In this document: piece after piece, positions 34,350-37,745 of the stretch
Layout of the letters: the number at the start of each line of letters is the position of its first letter
Position numbering within the stretch: position 1 is the first letter of the stretch
Origin: a virus
Lineage: Duplodnaviria; Caudoviricetes
Reading direction: 5' to 3' (one strand)
Length of the DNA stretch: 37,745 nucleotides
Virus record (IMG/VR): IMGVR_UViG_3300011338_000439
Span: 1 to 37,745 of that record
Notes under the pieces: generated by a model
Database searches by the model: none
What the model saw: only the letters and a program-made list of their open reading frames with translations
Told to the model about the DNA's origin: nothing
Translations under genes and position numbers: made by a program

Positions 34350-34505
34350 TCAGATGATGCGGCGCGCGTAGCGTCGTTTCGGAGATTTCTTGGCGGCGAT
34401 GGCATCCGACGCTGATCGGAACCGTCGCGCGCCTTTCACGATGATTTGACGGCCATCCTTGTCGATCTTGACGTTGTAATTTGTCCCAATCGACTTACCG
34501 GCCAT
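34350..34505 (-). CDS. Small basic protein (51 aa)
   Basis: Hand-translated: MAGKSIGTNYNVKIDKDGRQIIVKGARRFRSASDAIAAKKSPKRRYARRII; TGATG-coupled to the scaffold gene. Confidence 0.65.
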   Translation of the reverse strand: MAGKSIGTNYNVKIDKDGRQIIVKGARRFRSASDAIAAKKSPKRRYARRII

Positions 34506-35569
34506 CAGCGGTTGCCCCGCAGCTTCTCGCGCTCCTGATATTCGAGCTTGCGTTGGGCGTAGCGTTGCGCCGTCATGCCAAGACGCTCGGCGGTTGCAAG
34601 CTCGCCCGCCGTCAGACGAACGCGGGTTGGGCGACTGCCGCCGTCAGCGCGCAAGCCGCCGCCCTGACTGCGAGAGACGGGTGCCGCCGCGACGGCCCCT
34701 TTGCGCACAGCGCCCTTGGCAGGCGTCCGCGTGGCCGGAGCATCGTCGATCTCGACCTCGCCGTCATCGTCCCCGTCATCGTCGGCAGTCGGTCGCGCCT
34801 TCTGACGCAAGCCAACCTGCTCCTCAATGAACCGGAAATACGTGTCGCTTTCCGGCACGATATCGTTGATGACGGCGAGCTGGTGTGCAGCGAGCACTTT
34901 TCTCTGCTTGCCACTGTCGGTCAGATACTCGGGATGTGCGCGCAGCCAGTCGGCGGACTTCTGCGGCACGCCCTGCAGTTGCGCCTCGATCTCCGAGGAC
35001 GGCTGCGGCTTGGGTGCGGGGCGCCTGGCCTCCTCGGCAAGGGCAGACTTGCCCTCCTCAAGCTGCATCAACTGCGCCTGGACCTTCGTCAGCTCGACCG
35101 TGGCATCCGCGACCGCCGCAAAGTCCCCGGCCTCGTGCGCCCTGGCGATCGACTGCTTGTGCGCGGCCAGCTTGCCGCTCAATGCGTCGATGCTGTTGGT
35201 GATCGCGGCGGTTTTGGCCTCGATCGTGCCTTTGCCAGCAACGGCGGCACGCTCATCGGCCTCTTGCGCACGTTTGGCGGCATCCGCAGCGCGACGCTCG
35301 GCGTCCTCGGCACGCTTGCGCAGCCCCTCGGACTCCTCATGCGCCTTGCGCCACGCGTCGATTTCCTCCTGCGTTGGCCCCTGATCGGCCTCGACCTCGG
35401 CAGCGGCCTGCGTCTCGACCTTGACCTCGGGCTGCTGATCCTCGGTTTTGGTGACGACAGCGGCCTCGGCTGCGGCCTCATCCTGCCCGCCAACCTCGAC
35501 CTCCAGCCCGTCATCGGCGGGCGTTTCTTGCGTCTTGACGGTGACGCGCTTTCCTGGCTGTTTCGCCAT
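34505..35569 (-). CDS. Capsid scaffolding protein
   Basis: Acidic coiled coil; C-terminal VRLT..E...AERLGMT...YA motif; located between portal and MCP. Confidence 0.75.
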   Translation of the reverse strand: MAKQPGKRVTVKTQETPADDGLEVEVGGQDEAAAEAAVVTKTEDQQPEVKVETQAAAEVEADQGPTQEEIDAWRKAHEESEGLRKRAEDAERRAADAAKRAQEADERAAVAGKGTIEAKTAAITNSIDALSGKLAAHKQSIARAHEAGDFAAVADATVELTKVQAQLMQLEEGKSALAEEARRPAPKPQPSSEIEAQLQGVPQKSADWLRAHPEYLTDSGKQRKVLAAHQLAVINDIVPESDTYFRFIEEQVGLRQKARPTADDDGDDDGEVEIDDAPATRTPAKGAVRKGAVAAAPVSRSQGGGLRADGGSRPTRVRLTAGELATAERLGMTAQRYAQRKLEYQEREKLRGNR

Positions 35570-35601
35570 GAGATTGCCTCAAAAATCTGGAATAAACGGA
35601 C

Positions 35602-36003
35602 TCAGTACACAGTGTCGGGGCTCGAAATGCTCATCTCGATATCGCCCTCGAATAGCAGCTTACACTTGTGTCCGCGTATCTGGCAGTCGAGGCCAGCAGA
35701 CGGGCGAAACATGACCCAATCACCGACGGAAACAGCATCCTCCGGCGCGAACAAATTGGGGTCCGCGTAGGCCGACGGCCCGAGCTTGATGACGAGCCCG
35801 ACCTTGCCCTGCCACTCGTCCTCTTTGCGGACAGAGTCGGGAAGATGGATGCCGCTCTTGGTCTTCTCCGGCCGAATGTAGTAGGCGACCAGAATACGGT
35901 TCATCTTGACCTTGGCGTCGTCGAGCTTGCCGAACTTGGCCAGCAATTCCTTGGCCGGATCGCCCTTGTGATCGCCTACCAACTGCACAGATTTCAGGCT
36001 CAT
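35602..36003 (-). CDS. GroES/Cpn10-like co-chaperonin
   Basis: RILV...EKTKSGIHLPD...GLVIKLGP...VGDWV.F...L.EGDI motifs. Confidence 0.85.
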   Translation of the reverse strand: MSLKSVQLVGDHKGDPAKELLAKFGKLDDAKVKMNRILVAYYIRPEKTKSGIHLPDSVRKEDEWQGKVGLVIKLGPSAYADPNLFAPEDAVSVGDWVMFRPSAGLDCQIRGHKCKLLFEGDIEMSISSPDTVY

Positions 36004-36212
36004 GAATTCTCCGCTGGGTTGAGCAGTCTCTTACGCTCCTCGCTCATCATTTCGATGACGAGATCGAGCATGGAGATGCGCACGAGATTGTTCTGGTACT
36101 CTTCGAAATTCTTGATCGCACCGGGCGTCATGATCCGTCCGGAAAGATCGCGGTGCGTCTCCGCGATCCGCGCATAGAGTGAGCGCGCGAAGGCGCTATC
36201 GAACGACGTCAT
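36000..36212 (-). CDS. Hypothetical protein (70 aa)
   Basis: Helical, with GAIKNFEEYQ; coupled to the GroES-like gene. Confidence 0.75.
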   Translation of the reverse strand: MTSFDSAFARSLYARIAETHRDLSGRIMTPGAIKNFEEYQNNLVRISMLDLVIEMMSEERKRLLNPAENS

Positions 36213-36225
36213 CGCGCGCTGCGCC

Positions 36226-36600
36226 TCACTTGCTGTTGTTCTTGCGGCGGCCGATGCCCGAGCCGGCCCCAGCCATCACCTTGCCGCCCTTGGCGCGCGC
36301 CAGCATGGGGCTCATGCCGCCCGGCATTGGCGCCGACATTCCCGGCATGGGTGCGGGCGCCGCTGGCATCGGAGCCGGCATGACGCGCGGTCCCGCAGCA
36401 GGCATGGGCTGCGCCATTGGCATCGGAGCCGGCGAGGGCGCAGCGGGCATCTGCGGACGCACAAGGCCGCCTGCGAGATAGCCCTTGGGATCGGCGCCGT
36501 ACTTGGAGCGGATCGCGCCCTTGTGATCGCCGCCAGCAACCTTGCCGATCTTGGCGGCATTGCTCTTTTGCGCCTGCGCGCGGATGTCTTTCATGGCCAT
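36226..36600 (-). CDS. Pro/Met-rich basic protein with xGG motifs
   Basis: AGGA RBS; YLAGGLV and RAKGGKV flank a PAPMP-rich tract. Confidence 0.7.
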   Translation of the reverse strand: MAMKDIRAQAQKSNAAKIGKVAGGDHKGAIRSKYGADPKGYLAGGLVRPQMPAAPSPAPMPMAQPMPAAGPRVMPAPMPAAPAPMPGMSAPMPGGMSPMLARAKGGKVMAGAGSGIGRRKNNSK

Positions 36601-36612
36601 GCGAACGGTTTC

Positions 36613-37743
36613 CTATTGAAAGGGGTTGGCGGGCTGACGCACGGACGAGAGGATGTTGGCGGCGGCTGGGCCTGCCTCGGGATGCACCGTGACCTCGCGT
36701 GCCAACCGCAGCATCTCGATATTCTCGCGAGACTCGCGATCGGCGGCGGCTTTCTGAGCATCGGCCGCAAGGCGCTTCTCTTGATCCTGGCTGCGGATTT
36801 GCGCAACCTGTAGTGGTGGCGGCACGGGCGGCGGCTGGTTCGGGTCGGGCGGCGGGGCAAACAACCCTTCCGCATTGTCCACGCCCATCGTCCGCAGAAT
36901 GTACTCGTCGACCTTTTTCGGGTCGTACAGGTCCGGCGACTGCTGCGAGAGCAGCTTGATGGCTTGTGCACGCATCAGGCGGTGCATCTGACTTGGCGCG
37001 TTCGGATCGGCGACCGGAACAAGATCGCCGTCTTGCAGGGCGGCGAGCAACGTCTCCTGATCCCATTGTCGCTGTGGCTTCTTGTTGTGGCGCCAGAATG
37101 CTTCCGGGTCTTCCTCGAACAACTCTTTCAGGATAGCGAATTCCTCGGCCTGCGAGGCGTGCAATCCTTTGTGCACGGCATCCATGACCTTCGTCGCCTG
37201 CTCGATCAAGGCAAGCGTCGTGCCGACGGGCGCGTCCTGCTTGCCTTCGCCGATGGTGATTTCAGCAGAGCCGGCGGCGGCCGATGCACCTTCCTCGATC
37301 GAGGACACGAATGCATTCATCTCCGGGCCGGGCGTCTTGTAGGGCAACGGCATGACCGCCTGACTGAGTGGCATGCCCTGCGTGTCGATCGGCACACCAC
37401 CGCCCGGCGGCACGCGGAAATTGTTCTGCGACTGGCGTCCAAGCTGCTTGGCGTACAGGAAGCCGGGGAAGTTGCCGAACATATAGCTGTCCAGCATCAG
37501 CCGCCATGCACCTGTGAGCGCCGCCGTCGAATTGCCTAGAATATGGAGCAAACCGATACCGTAAAAGCCGATCCCGTCGACGAAGCCGTATTTGACGAGG
37601 CGTCGCTTGGGCCGACACTGCGGGTCGTCGGCTTTCCACCATCGGCGGATTTCGAGGATCTTGCGGCTATCCTTCTCGATCGAGACGCTATAAGGCAGGG
37701 GAAGGCCGGTCTGCTCACCATCCTCGCCCGTATGCTCATAGCC
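36613..37743 (-). CDS. Portal protein, C-terminal part (starts beyond the window)
   Basis: Frame open from the window edge (GLPLPYSVSIEK...GFYGIGLLH); APVGTTLALIEQ..KVM.AVHK.LH..Q..EF motif of P22-like portals. Confidence 0.9.
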   Translation of the reverse strand, partial: GYEHTGEDGEQTGLPLPYSVSIEKDSRKILEIRRWWKADDPQCRPKRRLVKYGFVDGIGFYGIGLLHILGNSTAALTGAWRLMLDSYMFGNFPGFLYAKQLGRQSQNNFRVPPGGGVPIDTQGMPLSQAVMPLPYKTPGPEMNAFVSSIEEGASAAAGSAEITIGEGKQDAPVGTTLALIEQATKVMDAVHKGLHASQAEEFAILKELFEEDPEAFWRHNKKPQRQWDQETLLAALQDGDLVPVADPNAPSQMHRLMRAQAIKLLSQQSPDLYDPKKVDEYILRTMGVDNAEGLFAPPPDPNQPPPVPPPLQVAQIRSQDQEKRLAADAQKAAADRESRENIEMLRLAREVTVHPEAGPAAANILSSVRQPANPFQ

Positions 37744-37745
37744 CG

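Noticed and set aside
34481-35770. Long plus-strand ORF (429 aa) and similar antisense ORFs such as 15389..16423 and 29403..30383
   Set aside because: These are shadow ORFs opposite well-supported GC-rich genes, with no RBS or domain signal.
36300-36450. PAPMP-type repeats as a distinct repeat element
   Set aside because: This is degenerate low-complexity coding sequence with no fixed DNA period.

Overview
The window is about 37.7 kb of a GC-rich tailed-phage genome, probably short-tailed (podovirus-like). The host is probably alphaproteobacterial; this is inferred from protein style, not searched. Both ends cut through genes. It has three blocks. (1) 1-4315, minus strand, replication: a Twinkle/T7-gp4-type primase-helicase (partial), a YdaU/DUF1376 initiator with internal iterons, hypotheticals and a Cro-like HTH. 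(2) 4583-11833, plus strand, early/recombination: small membrane peptides, a truncated HNH, a Sak4-like ATPase, a DUF6745-like protein with 53 mosaic 12-bp repeats, an HTH, a NinB-like protein, an HNH and an R2K-type ATP-grasp protein. (3) 11843-37745, minus strand, late: portal (partial), GroES-like chaperonin, scaffold, a Gp49/66-family (Acb4-like) protein, cement, major capsid, fibres, adaptors, nozzle, GNAT, ejection proteins and lysis genes, with a MarR gene inserted in the opposite orientation. No integrase, CI repressor, terminase or ParA/ParB is visible. The most unusual signals are non-coding: a ~166-nt element with tRNA-like topology and a pseudoknot, whose closing stem matches downstream GGGAAGGG repeats; a probable antisense RNA in front of the replication genes; a hairpin array with CUUCC loops; a 15/16 match to the chromosomal parS site next to a promoter-hairpin-terminator unit; and an apparently dual-coded holin-like locus. 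All family calls come from motif recognition by eye, with no database searches.
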